Positions 36,463 through 46,963 of a stretch of 64,000 bases of DNA are shown here, one piece after another (position 1 is the first letter of the stretch; each line of letters opens with the position of its first letter). Below the pieces are notes generated by a model, which did no database searches, was not told where the DNA came from, and saw nothing but the letters and a program-made list of their open reading frames with translations. Made by a program: the position numbers and the translations under genes. Source of the stretch: a virus; the IMG/VR virus record IMGVR_UViG_3300037502_001322, positions 1-64,000 of that record; one strand, given 5' to 3'.

Positions 36463-39400
36463 TTAATCTTCAGAAATATCATGAACTACGGTGCTTCTCC
36501 AACCTTGTAGATTAGCTTCAACTCTTGTATCAACAAACTTTTCAGCACCATTGCTCGGATTGAAGATAACTTTGATTTCCCCTTTCTCTTGGTCAGTAAC
36601 CGATTTAGTTACCTTCAGTTCTGTAGGTTGGTTGTTAGACTTATTGACAGATGTGGCTGAATCAGATACAGTTGGAGGTACAAACATGTTGTACGGATTT
36701 AACCTGTCACCTGTTTCTTTAATAAATTTATCTCTTTCTTGAGAGGATTGAATCAAGCTTGTTTTGTTAGATAAATCATTAAATAAGTTTTCAAGTTTAT
36801 GACGAAGACCTTCAAAGAATGCGCCTATTTTATCAAAGAATGGTTTTGCTTTCTCATACATAGACTTAGCCCACTCTGTTGCACCTAAAGCATGGAGAAG
36901 TTCTCCTACCATAATAAGTGTACCAACAAAAGGAATAAATCTGCCAAAAAGCAAACCTAAACTTCCTGCAACTCTACCGACTCCTCCTGCTGCACCAGAT
37001 AAAGATCTTGCTCCGAAAGCAGTGGCGAAGATGCCCCCAGCCTTACCGAAAGGTAGAAGCTTAGAACCTAACCACATTAACGAGCTTCCAAACAGCTTCA
37101 TAATTTTGAACAATGACAAGAATATAAATGCTGCTGGAGCTATTGCTGCGAGCCACATTGCAATATTAGCACCATTAGATTTCATGCTCTCTTCTGTGAT
37201 ACCTAACCAGTTAGCAAAGTCTGCCATGTAGGCGACTGCAAGTTCTATAGGTGTTACTACTAACCACAATGCTCTATGAAACACACCAGATAAGAAATTA
37301 GCAACTGGTTGTAACATGAACATTAAGTTTTCTAATGCACCGAATAGAAATTGCAACCCTGGTCCTAACCCTGCATCAAAAGATTCTCTCTTAAAATCAT
37401 TAAACGTATTGATTAATCTGTTAAGGTCAGCATTGAAGTTTTTAGTCATAGTATCAAGTTCACCAGACACTTTCTTTCTCATTAATGCTGCCAATTTAGG
37501 TAATGCTTCCAAGGGAAACATCAACCCATTTTCCATATCTTTACGGAGTTGTTTGGTGGATATTCCCATTGCCTCAGCCATTAAGGCTACGGCACCGGGC
37601 CGTTGTGTTCAGTTAAGCTCGCAAAACTTAACCCGCACCATTATGTGCAGCTACATATCTCTATGCAGACCAGATCATATCATTATCCTTAACTAAGGAT
37701 ATCTACCACTTCGAATGCCCTTAGCTTGCACCCTACGCCTTTCGGCTGATCGTTGAACGTTCATCTTATTTGTTAAAGATGATTCGCTGCTGATTGTCTT
37801 TATTGTAATGATTATTAGGGTTCGTTAAATATCACTACTTAATATCCTACATTACACTTAACAAGAGTTTCCAGCAATTCAATAGATTATTCGATACACA
37901 TTACTGTGTAAAGGGACTTTTCCAAATCCTGTCACCTAGTTGGTTATTTAATTCTTCCCAGACGTTCAGTTAAGTTCGCAACACTTAACCCGCACCATTA
38001 CGTGCTGCTTATAGTTTCCCCATAAGAGCAGACCATATCATCATCCCGTTAATCGGGGTTGCCTCCTGTTTGGAGTGCCATTAGCTTGCACCCTACTCGG
38101 TTACATTCATCACCGATGGTCGTTGAACCTTCTTTCTCATTGGTTTTATTAGATATTGATTAGATATATGTTTCCAAGATATACCGGATCTTATTTTAGT
38201 TGCTTGTTGTTTAGATATCCCAAATTCAATAACAGCTTCTTTTGGAGAACCACCTTCTTCGAAGAACTTACAAACTTTATGGACAACTTCTTCCGTCAGC
38301 TTAGATCTTCCATTAAGTTCTCCTTTCAAAGACGGAATTAATCCATCTTCCCACGCCTGTATAGTATTAGAGAATAAATCGCACCACTCTAAGTTATTTA
38401 CGTTGTTATTCAATTTATCATTATCTAAATGTTTTACTAAAACCTCACCCCAATGTTCTTTGGAACATTTCTCTACTAATTCTTGAGATGGACTATTAAG
38501 AAAAAGTTCAGCTACAAGCCTGTGAATCTTTAAAGTTTTTACATGACCATTTATAGTGACTTGTGTAATGCGATAGCCTTGTTTATTGATTCTAGTGTAT
38601 CTGACCTTTTTGTTTTTATAATTCCTAACTTCTCCGAGATTGGAGATCTCTAACATGGTGTAGATAGGATGACGTTTGTACTCAATGAGAAAACTTGGCT
38701 GCTGATTGCCCATTATTGACTCCTTAATTTAAAAAGAGTATTATACGCTAAACGTACATAATTGTCAATAATTAGGGTGTCCCAGCAATTAAAGAGGTTT
38801 TACATGGCCCAAGAATTAAGCCATGATTTGGTTTTTAGAGAACATTTGTTCGAGGGCTTTAAATATCCCATCCATTTCATCAGGAGTGTTACCAAAAGCG
38901 ACACCTGCTTCCATGAAAGAACTAAATATCTCGTTAACTTGTTCTAAAGGAGCTCCTGCTGAATTAGCAGCAAATGCAAATTTAGCAAAAGATTTAGCAG
39001 AATCAAGATAGGTCACACCTAACCTTTCTGCCTCTTTTCTTAAATACTCCATCTGGGAAGTTGCTTCATCCCCGAATACAACTCTCATCATCGATTCCAT
39101 TCTTTGGAATTGACTTCCTATAGTTGCCACACTCATAACAGCGCTAAACGCCGTAAATGAGGCTGTGCCTGCAACCATAGCACTTCTAAGACCTTTATAC
39201 TGGTCAGACAATCCTTTGACTGAAGCCGAATGCCTTCTCATATCAGAATTAAGGATGTTCAACCTTATTCTATAAGTAGAAGCTGTAATTGAACCAATTT
39301 TTAATTCATTATTGAGGTCATTCAATCTATCCCAATACTGTTTTATCTCAGCAGGTCTAAAAGATCCTCCTCTTAATCTTAAAGTATCTTTGAATCTTTC

Positions 39401-39916
39401 AGCACCAACTCCAGCTAACTCACCTCGCCTTAGTTGTTCTCTTGCCCGCATTCTTCGTTGTTTGTTTAACTCTTTTCTTAAGTTAATCGCATTTCGAACT
39501 TTCTGTTTATGCTCAGCAGCTTCTTGTTTAACCCTCGCGTCATGAGCTTTTCTATCAGCATCTATTTTTCTTTTATCTGCTTGGTCAAAAAGCTTTTGAA
39601 AATCAGATTGTCTTTTTAACTCAGACTTCCACCAATATTCATAGTTCTTGTCTAAAACTCTCTTCTGTGCAGTGTGGTCTAAATTAACACCGCCTTTCTT
39701 GGCCATTTTAGCTCTTTCACGGGACTCTTTCTTTATTCCATCCACAACCTTTCTTTGTTGTTGGACTTGTGTTTTTGCTACTCTGATTGGATTAGAGACT
39801 TTATCCATCATCTTCTTTAATCTATAGATCTCTTGTTTTGCTTTCTTAAAACTTGACCTATCAATCTGAGCAACAACTTTATTAATTAGCTTGCTGGCTA
39901 TTAATGTCTTTGCCAT
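36463..39916 (-). CDS. tape measure protein, spliced: exons 38819..39916, 37926..37957, 36463..37600 (755 aa)
   Basis: joining restores the tape-measure motif KALEQMFSKNQIMA|EELNNQLGDR|MPGAVALMAEAMG. Confidence 0.9.
37601..37925 (-). mobile_element. group I intron TMP-2 (325 nt, ORF-less)
   Basis: GGAU/GUCC P1 with U.G, AAUCAGCAG, P7 GAUCA/UGAUC, terminal G. Confidence 0.9.
37958..38818 (-). mobile_element. group I intron TMP-1 (861 nt) carrying an HNH endonuclease
   Basis: CAUGGCU/GGCCAUG P1, AAUCAGCAG, P7 GACCA/UGGUC, terminal G. Confidence 0.92.
38093..38713 (-). CDS. intron-encoded HNH homing endonuclease (NUMOD4-like/HNH/HTH)
   Basis: EISNLGEVR, KIHRLVAELF, HLDNDKLNNNVNNLEW; AGGAG SD. 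Confidence 0.9.
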   Translation of the reverse strand: MGNQQPSFLIEYKRHPIYTMLEISNLGEVRNYKNKKVRYTRINKQGYRITQVTINGHVKTLKIHRLVAELFLNSPSQELVEKCSKEHWGEVLVKHLDNDKLNNNVNNLEWCDLFSNTIQAWEDGLIPSLKGELNGRSKLTEEVVHKVCKFFEEGGSPKEAVIEFGISKQQATKIRSGISWKHISNQYLIKPMRKKVQRPSVMNVTE

Positions 39917-40105
39917 TTAGCTAACCTCCATTGTTTTTATAAGTAAATGATAACAATAATGATTATTGTTTATGACTTGCTATAGTTTATAACAAAACCC
40001 TTTTAATATCAATTCCATAACATTCTTAGGATATTTCGTAAACTATAGATAAAAGAAAAGCCCCACCTTAAAGATGGAGCGTTATATGGGGTCACGTTTT
40101 ATATT

Positions 40106-40324
40106 TTAAACGAAAGGCAGTTTTCCTTTCTGATTCTTATTGTTCTCTGCTTGTTTGCTCTGCTTTTCTGATTCTTTATGTTGGACTTCCTGAATATAAT
40201 CTTGAATATCCAGAAACTCATTCAACTTAAACAAGTACTCCATATCGTACATATTAAGACTATACCTTGTCTCTGATACTCGTTTATCTGTTATTACACG
40301 CAACAATAGAGAATCTAACCACAT
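40106..40324 (-). CDS. tail assembly chaperone, -1 frameshift extension (gpT-like)
   Basis: frame open back to slippery T TTT TTC at 40441-40447. Confidence 0.75.
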   Translation of the reverse strand: MWLDSLLLRVITDKRVSETRYSLNMYDMEYLFKLNEFLDIQDYIQEVQHKESEKQSKQAENNKNQKGKLPFV

Positions 40325-40362
40325 TAATGAGTTATGTGTGTTAACGTAAGTTAGTGCGTTCT

Positions 40363-40932
40363 TTAACCCTCGGGAAAGAGTTGTTTCAAGTGTCCCATTG
40401 GAAGTGCTGTTTTGAGAAGGCCGAACAAACCTTTTCTCTTGAAAAAAGGGCCGTAGTTCACCTCCAGAACTTTAACCGCAAGGTCGATCATTAGGTAAGG
40501 CTCACGACCGAACACTTCATTGATTCTATCACCAACAGCAACAGCAGTATTACCCTGAGCATAGGTAGTGGAGAACAGAATAGAGAAGAACCGATTAATA
40601 TCTTCTTCCTGCATAGTCTCAAACAATGTTATGATTGCCATCGGAAGAGATTCTGACAGATTGACAGAAGATGCTGCTTTCTCCAGTTGGTCAATAGAGG
40701 CACCCTTCAATTCACTAACAGCAGAGCCAAGAAGAATAGAAATAGGGGTAATAATAAATTTACCAATGATGGGCATATTGGACCAAAAACGATCTGGACC
40801 CCAGTGGTTAATAGTAAACATTTTCTTTCCGTCTTCAAACTCAATATCAATATTGGTTTGTTTCATAGAAAGAATGCCTTGAGGCGGGGATTGCATTTGA
40901 TTATAATTCTGATTGGAACCTAAAAGACTCAT
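40363..40932 (-). CDS. tail assembly chaperone (gpG-like)
   Basis: between tube and tape measure; VLEVNYGPFF. Confidence 0.8.
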   Translation of the reverse strand: MSLLGSNQNYNQMQSPPQGILSMKQTNIDIEFEDGKKMFTINHWGPDRFWSNMPIIGKFIITPISILLGSAVSELKGASIDQLEKAASSVNLSESLPMAIITLFETMQEEDINRFFSILFSTTYAQGNTAVAVGDRINEVFGREPYLMIDLAVKVLEVNYGPFFKRKGLFGLLKTALPMGHLKQLFPEG

Positions 40933-41119
40933 GCGTTCACTCCTGTGAAATATGAATAGTTTGTTTAAATACGTTTATAATTTAAAGACTAAATTAACCT
41001 ACATTATGATAATCTATTTTAACTTTAAAGTCAATGCTTAGTCACTACCCTTTTAAATAAAGAGATGCACTTCCTTGTGCCGCATTAACCTTTCAGTTAA
41101 TGAAAATCAGATATTGAAA

Positions 41120-41611
41120 TTAACCAAGAGAGTTGGGGGTGATTGAACCGAGAGCACCAAGACCTGCACCAATAGCAGATTGACCCATAGATGCATTAGA
41201 TACCCAAATAGTCCATTCAATTACAGGAATACCATCACCATCTACAGTATAGTCACCTTGTTGCATAACGATACCTACAGGAGAGATAAGACTCAAACCA
41301 GTCGGGTCTTCAAAGTAAACAGGGAAACCTACCAAACGGGAAGCTTTAGAAGCAGTTACCCATGAAGCAAGAATAGCATTAGTTTCTTTCGCAGTTTCTT
41401 GGATTTGAATAGTGATAGTGCCGGATTCATTTCGGTTAATACCAACCGAGAATTCACCATCAGCACCAACCATAGTGTTGAAATGATCTTCGTTTCGAGA
41501 AATAGTTATCTTAGAACCTTCTGCGAAACCATAAGGTTGCCACCCACCAAGCAACAACTTGCAGGATGCTGAGTCGTACGCACGAGGAAGTGTCAGATAC
41601 GGATTAGCCAT
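41120..41611 (-). CDS. tail tube protein (DUF3277-like)
   Basis: YD....LGG...GFAEGSKITI...VGADGE...SGTITIQ. Confidence 0.85.
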   Translation of the reverse strand: MANPYLTLPRAYDSASCKLLLGGWQPYGFAEGSKITISRNEDHFNTMVGADGEFSVGINRNESGTITIQIQETAKETNAILASWVTASKASRLVGFPVYFEDPTGLSLISPVGIVMQQGDYTVDGDGIPVIEWTIWVSNASMGQSAIGAGLGALGSITPNSLG

Positions 41612-41630
41612 ATTATTTAAAACTCCATAA

Positions 41631-41660
41631 TAAAAGGTTGCTGTCTAAGAGCAACCTTGT
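41631..41660 (-). terminator. probable terminator after the sheath gene
   Basis: aaggttgct/agcaacctt stem + U-tract. Confidence 0.55.
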
Positions 41661-41690
41661 TAATCTAAATTTATTTAATTAAACTGACTC

Positions 41691-43055
41691 TTAGCGGTCG
41701 AGAATAACACCAGCACGAATCTTGATGTAATGTACAGGAGTGCGATAAACTACTTCAACAAGCAGGTCGCGCCAAGTACGATTAGCCAGATCATCAGCAG
41801 TGATTTGAGAACGGTCGGGGATGATAATCTTAGGACGCAGGTCAGAAGAGCTTCCATCACTATTTTGAATAAGGCCATTCTTATCACCAAAGATTGCACC
41901 GTTAGCGATATCCCGATTCAAGGGATTATCATACAGAGCTTGAGCAATCAGGGCTGCACCATCTTCATCCATAGTAACCTTGGAAAGGATATCAGACTTA
42001 CGTTTCAGCAGACCAAACAGAGACTCTTCAACACGAGAAGCGAAGTACAGAGCATAGTGCATATAGTCAAGAAATACACCAGAAGCCATACGACCGTCAC
42101 GGTAGAAACCAACACCCTTATCCCGCAGGTACAAGTTACCATTCCAAGTTACGATATTAACTTTCTGGGAGTCACTCAGTTTATTAGGAGTAATACCAAC
42201 AAGAGTTTTACCGTGCATAGTGGAAGTGCCGGGGATAGTAGAAGCATATGCACCAATTACAGCAGCTTCAGGAACAGTAGTATCCGCATCTGGTGCCCAC
42301 ATTGCAAAACAAGTGTTATTATAAGCCAGTTCAGCAACTTTCTGAAGAGTGTTGTTAAGGGTATTATCTCTAATACCAGTGTCTTGAGAAGACCAAACAA
42401 AAATCTTACGATTGGTTTCAGCCCAAGCAGCGGCGGCAAGGACATCAACTTCAGTGTGACTATCCTGAGCTACCCAGAAGAAAGCATTGGTCTCTTCCAG
42501 AATATCATTCAGTGCAGTAGTCACACTCTCAAGAGTAGATGTTACACTCATGTTAGCGGTAACAGAAACAGTGAAAGTTGCATCAGGAGTAACAGTCAGG
42601 GTCAGGGTGCTAATACTTACAACAGCAGTAACTTGTGCAGCAAAAGCAGAAGCATCAATCTGATCTTTGATTTCACCAAGAATAGTCGCTTCATCTTCAA
42701 TGGTCGCTGTGAAAGTGAAGTCAGTATCTACAGCACCATCAGTGAAGGTCACAGTATAAGTTTCAGCAGCGGCAGTAGGAAGAGTAATAACCCATTCATC
42801 AACAGACCGTTTACCTACATAAATTTGAGAGGGTTTAGCAACACCGTTGAACATGTGGGTAGCTGCTTGATAAACAACACCGTTTACATCAAAACCGTCA
42901 TCCTCAAGAGCAGCAGTGGATGTGTAAACACGATAACGTTCAGAGAAATTATTATGAGAGGAGAGGAACAAAGGAATGTCGAATTGAGCACCTTCAATTG
43001 CTGTTGCTCCAAGAAGCAACTGGACGTCAATTACATTAGGTTCAAAAGTAGCCAT
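41691..43055 (-). CDS. tail sheath protein (DUF3383-like)
   Basis: FDIPLFL, PGTSTMHGKTLVGI, DGRMASGVFLD, DLANR; highly expressed codon bias. Confidence 0.9.
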   Translation of the reverse strand: MATFEPNVIDVQLLLGATAIEGAQFDIPLFLSSHNNFSERYRVYTSTAALEDDGFDVNGVVYQAATHMFNGVAKPSQIYVGKRSVDEWVITLPTAAAETYTVTFTDGAVDTDFTFTATIEDEATILGEIKDQIDASAFAAQVTAVVSISTLTLTVTPDATFTVSVTANMSVTSTLESVTTALNDILEETNAFFWVAQDSHTEVDVLAAAAWAETNRKIFVWSSQDTGIRDNTLNNTLQKVAELAYNNTCFAMWAPDADTTVPEAAVIGAYASTIPGTSTMHGKTLVGITPNKLSDSQKVNIVTWNGNLYLRDKGVGFYRDGRMASGVFLDYMHYALYFASRVEESLFGLLKRKSDILSKVTMDEDGAALIAQALYDNPLNRDIANGAIFGDKNGLIQNSDGSSSDLRPKIIIPDRSQITADDLANRTWRDLLVEVVYRTPVHYIKIRAGVILDR

Positions 43056-43101
43056 TATTTATAGGACTCCTTAATTAAAAAGATAAAATTGTGTAAGTAT
43101 T

Positions 43102-43776
43102 TTAAACCCACGTAGCTTCCCAAGTACCATCTAAGGGAAGTTCATAGTTAATATGTTCATAAACAAGATTACTGTAGGTAATTACCTCCGAAGTGACCCA
43201 ATATATCCATGATGGGTTCACCGTAAAATTTAAAGGATAATTACCTCCTTCTTCTGTTGTTTTAACATTTACAAAAAGTTTTTCAGCAATTACGGAAGGA
43301 ATTGGGTCAGCATCTGAAACACCTATATTAAGAACAACCGTCATTCTTGCTCTTAACTCTTTTTCAGCACCATCAAGAACAGTATCAGCTTTTGCTACAG
43401 AGGATACTTGTGAAACCCCTATCCCAAAATCAAGAAGATGTTTTCTCTTCAAATTGATGTGCTCAAAAGAATGAGTTATCTGCATTAATCTTGAAGTAGG
43501 TCTTCCTCTGAAGCTCATTACCTCTAAAAGGACTTCATACCAATTTATCGCAATCTGCCTATCCTGCGTATCCAATTGGTCAGGATAAAAAGACCTTCCT
43601 GTACGATTAATATTAGTAACTTGAAGTCCTACATACTCTTCTTCGATTCGAGGCCAATCTCTGTCTAACAAGAACATCTTAACACCGGAAGGTGTCTCAT
43701 CTGATATTGTTGCTTCTTTTATAAACAAACCCATTTGATTAAGTATGGTATCTTCTATATTATAAAATTCAGCCAT
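43102..43776 (-). CDS. tail terminator / neck protein
   Basis: position before sheath; E.RARM motif. Confidence 0.7.
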   Translation of the reverse strand: MAEFYNIEDTILNQMGLFIKEATISDETPSGVKMFLLDRDWPRIEEEYVGLQVTNINRTGRSFYPDQLDTQDRQIAINWYEVLLEVMSFRGRPTSRLMQITHSFEHINLKRKHLLDFGIGVSQVSSVAKADTVLDGAEKELRARMTVVLNIGVSDADPIPSVIAEKLFVNVKTTEEGGNYPLNFTVNPSWIYWVTSEVITYSNLVYEHINYELPLDGTWEATWV

Positions 43777-43785
43777 AATTAATCC

Positions 43786-44187
43786 TTATTCATTATTAGG
43801 GTCTTTGACAACAACAGCATGATAATGCGGTATTAGCTGATTGTTCCATTTCTTAACACTAATGACTGTGAATAGGGAAACACCATTGACACCATCTATT
43901 TCCAACTGGTCAGAGATTTGATTTGTCCCTTCAACTGCAACAGTTATTGGAGTATTGGTAAAAACGTTATATGCTTCTTTTGCACGTAACCCCTCATCTA
44001 ATACTTGTAACTGTTGTCCAGTTAGAGGTTGTACCGTGCAGCGTAATGCAGCAAAAGGTGTGGATGTTGTGCTCTCTAAGTCATTCTCAAAAACACCACC
44101 GGTTTCTTTTACAACAAACCTGTGATATCCTTGAAGTGTTATTCTTGGGATGAATCCGGAATTGCGGAGATAAGTGAATTGCAACAA
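43786..44187 (-). CDS. head closure / head-tail joining protein
   Basis: VQPL...L.VLDEGLR...HYHAVVV; GGAGG + TTG. Confidence 0.75.
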   Translation of the reverse strand: MLQFTYLRNSGFIPRITLQGYHRFVVKETGGVFENDLESTTSTPFAALRCTVQPLTGQQLQVLDEGLRAKEAYNVFTNTPITVAVEGTNQISDQLEIDGVNGVSLFTVISVKKWNNQLIPHYHAVVVKDPNNE

Positions 44188-44292
44188 ACCTCCTAAAAGA
44201 TTTCTAAAGATTTATTAAATTGATTATTGACTTATAATCTCAGGATATTAACTTAACTAAGTTTAACACAATAGTTAAACAAATTCAACAAT

Positions 44293-44847
44293 TTACCTTT
44301 TCTTCTTAAAAGGATTGGATGTAAATGTATACTTATAAGGAGTATTCTTTGTGTAGCCGTAAGTTTTAGCATCATATCTCATTTTCCACCCGAGCCTAAA
44401 CTTAAGACATTTTCCGGGTAAGGTTTTTATGAATGCCCTTATTTGGTAGTAATGTGTTCCCTTAATATACGTAAAAGACCACCCTGCTTTATAAGGGTCG
44501 TCGTTGCTGTCTAAGTCCCCCTTAACCACAATAGTTTCACCTTGTTCTATATGACAAGCTAAAACACTCCACGAGAAACCATAAGCAGGATTGCGGATCA
44601 ACCACAGCATCCTACGGATATATTTAGGCCATCTTAGACTAACTACATTAACAAACCCGGAATCTCCATCTAAAGGAGCGTCCGGCGTTTGAAACCAAGA
44701 TAAATAAGTGGGCAGTTTATCTTTACCTATAGCAAACAAAGGTAAGATTGGGCTGAGTAAGTAACACAAGAATATCACAGTTAAGTGTATGGGTAGAATT
44801 ATTATTGATAAAATAAACCCCCAAACAAGTTTAATTGATTGTTTCAT
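44293..44847 (-). CDS. membrane-associated phage protein
   Basis: N-terminal TM; LPTYLSWFQTPDAPLDGD, WLIRNPAYGF. Confidence 0.75.
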   Translation of the reverse strand: MKQSIKLVWGFILSIIILPIHLTVIFLCYLLSPILPLFAIGKDKLPTYLSWFQTPDAPLDGDSGFVNVVSLRWPKYIRRMLWLIRNPAYGFSWSVLACHIEQGETIVVKGDLDSNDDPYKAGWSFTYIKGTHYYQIRAFIKTLPGKCLKFRLGWKMRYDAKTYGYTKNTPYKYTFTSNPFKKKR

Positions 44848-44849
44848 AA

Positions 44850-45320
44850 TTATTCCCCATCACCTTCATCCTTTCCAACTTTAAACTTAGAATCATTTCT
44901 TAATTGTTTTGTGTCAACAAGAATAGTGTCATGTCCTTTCTTAGCCACTGTCTCAGGTTTCAAAGGAATGAAGTCTTGACTGTCAATGGACTCTGCTATA
45001 GCCTTCTGTCCTAATTTGCCAATTTTGGTGTATGCGACATTGGGTTTGATTCCTAAAGCAATAGCATCACCTATAACATCTGCAATACGGATATCACCGT
45101 ACATATTATTACCAGCCATGGTCATAAAAGGACGAGAAGGAATATTATTTTTAGTAGAACCAAATTCATGAATAGCAGCTAAGTCGCTCATAGCTAATCC
45201 GGAAGATTCGTGAGTGTGTTCTTCGAAATATCCTATTTCAACACAGTTTTCTTCAAGTTCTTTTAGGTTATCAAATATCTCATCCCATCTATCAAATTCA
45301 AAATAAGAGCTACCTTTCAT
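44850..45320 (-). CDS. neck / tail completion protein
   Basis: AAIHEFGS...IPSRPFM...PLKPETVAKKG...LVDT. Confidence 0.85.
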   Translation of the reverse strand: MKGSSYFEFDRWDEIFDNLKELEENCVEIGYFEEHTHESSGLAMSDLAAIHEFGSTKNNIPSRPFMTMAGNNMYGDIRIADVIGDAIALGIKPNVAYTKIGKLGQKAIAESIDSQDFIPLKPETVAKKGHDTILVDTKQLRNDSKFKVGKDEGDGE

Positions 45321-45333
45321 AATAGCCTCTTAA

Positions 45334-46182
45334 TTAGAATCCAGCGGGAAGAGGAAGATCAGGGTTTCCTTCATACCATGTAATATAAGCAGAGACTTGT
45401 TGAGATTGTGTGTCTATACCAACAGAGCTGAAACGCAGGAGATATGATGTGTTAGGTCTCATTATCCGTTCTTTACCAACATCACCAGAACCACCAGTAG
45501 CTTGGTTTTGAGATGAACCAAAGAAGAAATCATCAGCGAATATTTTAGTTCCTACAGCAGTCACTGTTGGTGCAGACAGTAGAGTAACTGTACTGACTTG
45601 TGGATTAATATCATTATGGTTTTGGAAGGGGTCTGAAACACCTCCAGTGTAAGTTGGAGAACGTCTGATCTGAGCAACAAGACCTACACCACTATAACTG
45701 AATGACCTTTCTTTAAGAATAACAGGTTTACTTCCAGTAACAAAGATAGAATCTATATTACCTGAGCCCGGAAGAGTTATCAAACGAGAGGCTTCAAATT
45801 GCAGCCCATTTTTGATGTTAGACTCAATATAAAACTGGACATTCATGGCTCTGTTACCATTATATATCCCTGCCGGGGCTGGTTCACTTCCTATATAATC
45901 ATCAAGACGTTGAACACTAACTTTACAACCAATATTCTGTGCTTTAAGATAAACTCCTTTAGTCTCAGGAGATACAGGGAATGTGTGGTTTACACCAGAC
46001 CCATAAGGAGATAGAACAATACCACCAACATCTTCAGCTTGAGGTGCGATATCTGAGATATATACAGAAAGATAACCAGAACCTTTATTTTGGATAATTA
46101 AAGGAAGTCCTTGTGGAAAACCTGTGACTTGATAAACATCAACCCATTGATTAACACCAACAGATATATCTAAAGTCGCCAT
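45334..46182 (-). CDS. virion structural protein
   Basis: ESNIKNGLQFE...GKERIMRPNTSYLLR...ITWYEG; head module context. Confidence 0.7.
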   Translation of the reverse strand: MATLDISVGVNQWVDVYQVTGFPQGLPLIIQNKGSGYLSVYISDIAPQAEDVGGIVLSPYGSGVNHTFPVSPETKGVYLKAQNIGCKVSVQRLDDYIGSEPAPAGIYNGNRAMNVQFYIESNIKNGLQFEASRLITLPGSGNIDSIFVTGSKPVILKERSFSYSGVGLVAQIRRSPTYTGGVSDPFQNHNDINPQVSTVTLLSAPTVTAVGTKIFADDFFFGSSQNQATGGSGDVGKERIMRPNTSYLLRFSSVGIDTQSQQVSAYITWYEGNPDLPLPAGF

Positions 46183-46200
46183 AATGTGTTATCCTTATTG

Positions 46201-46719
46201 TTAGTTATAGAATCGACGACGAGGTGATTTAAAGTTTGAACTATAAATGTTATCTGGACAAAACTCGTCAGAGTAGAACTCTCCTAATGAATATCCGTTG
46301 CCACGAGAGTCAAAGTCATTCTTAACGCGAGCAACTTCTTCTTGTGAAACACCACCAACGATAATGTTATTGAATGTGGATTTAGTTAGCGATGGGTCAA
46401 CAATGTTAGGGTTAGCTAAAAGGTACTCTAAGAACTTACGATAACCAGTTGAAGGGTCTGCATCAGTCCTATCAATCTGAAGTTGTCCTTCCATCTCATA
46501 GTGCCTACCAGAGATAGCTTGTGTGGATAGTTGAAGAATAGTCCAGTTGAGTGTGTCAACCATTGCATTATAAATGACGATATAATCATTATCTGGGGTT
46601 GACGCCAACTGAGTTTCCCAACGAATGACAAATAAGTTAATCATTGTGTCAGGAATCAGGACTGTGTCAGGAAGAAAGAGTCGAATATAATCAACTTTCT
46701 CTTGTGTGGTGAGAGCCAT
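46201..46719 (-). CDS. head-tail adaptor
   Basis: position after the capsid gene; IIVGGVS.EE..RV..D motif. Confidence 0.7.
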   Translation of the reverse strand: MALTTQEKVDYIRLFLPDTVLIPDTMINLFVIRWETQLASTPDNDYIVIYNAMVDTLNWTILQLSTQAISGRHYEMEGQLQIDRTDADPSTGYRKFLEYLLANPNIVDPSLTKSTFNNIIVGGVSQEEVARVKNDFDSRGNGYSLGEFYSDEFCPDNIYSSNFKSPRRRFYN

Positions 46720-46963
46720 TATTAACTCCTTGTTTAATAAGAGAGATTATCATTTGATTTGTTATTTAAACAAACATAGTTTAACATATTCTTAAACCAA
46801 AAGAAATAAAACACAAAACAATCTGAGGATTGGTTAATGAAATATATTGACTTTCATTTGGATTTGATATAAAAGAAAACCATCTATCGGTTAGGACAGA
46901 TGGTTAAGAATGGCAATATAAATTATAGTGTAAATTATAATATTAACTACTGATAGTTTATTA

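Noticed and set aside
41730-43064. 444-aa + strand ORF
   Set aside because: Antisense shadow of the strongly codon-biased sheath gene; no SD or recognisable motifs
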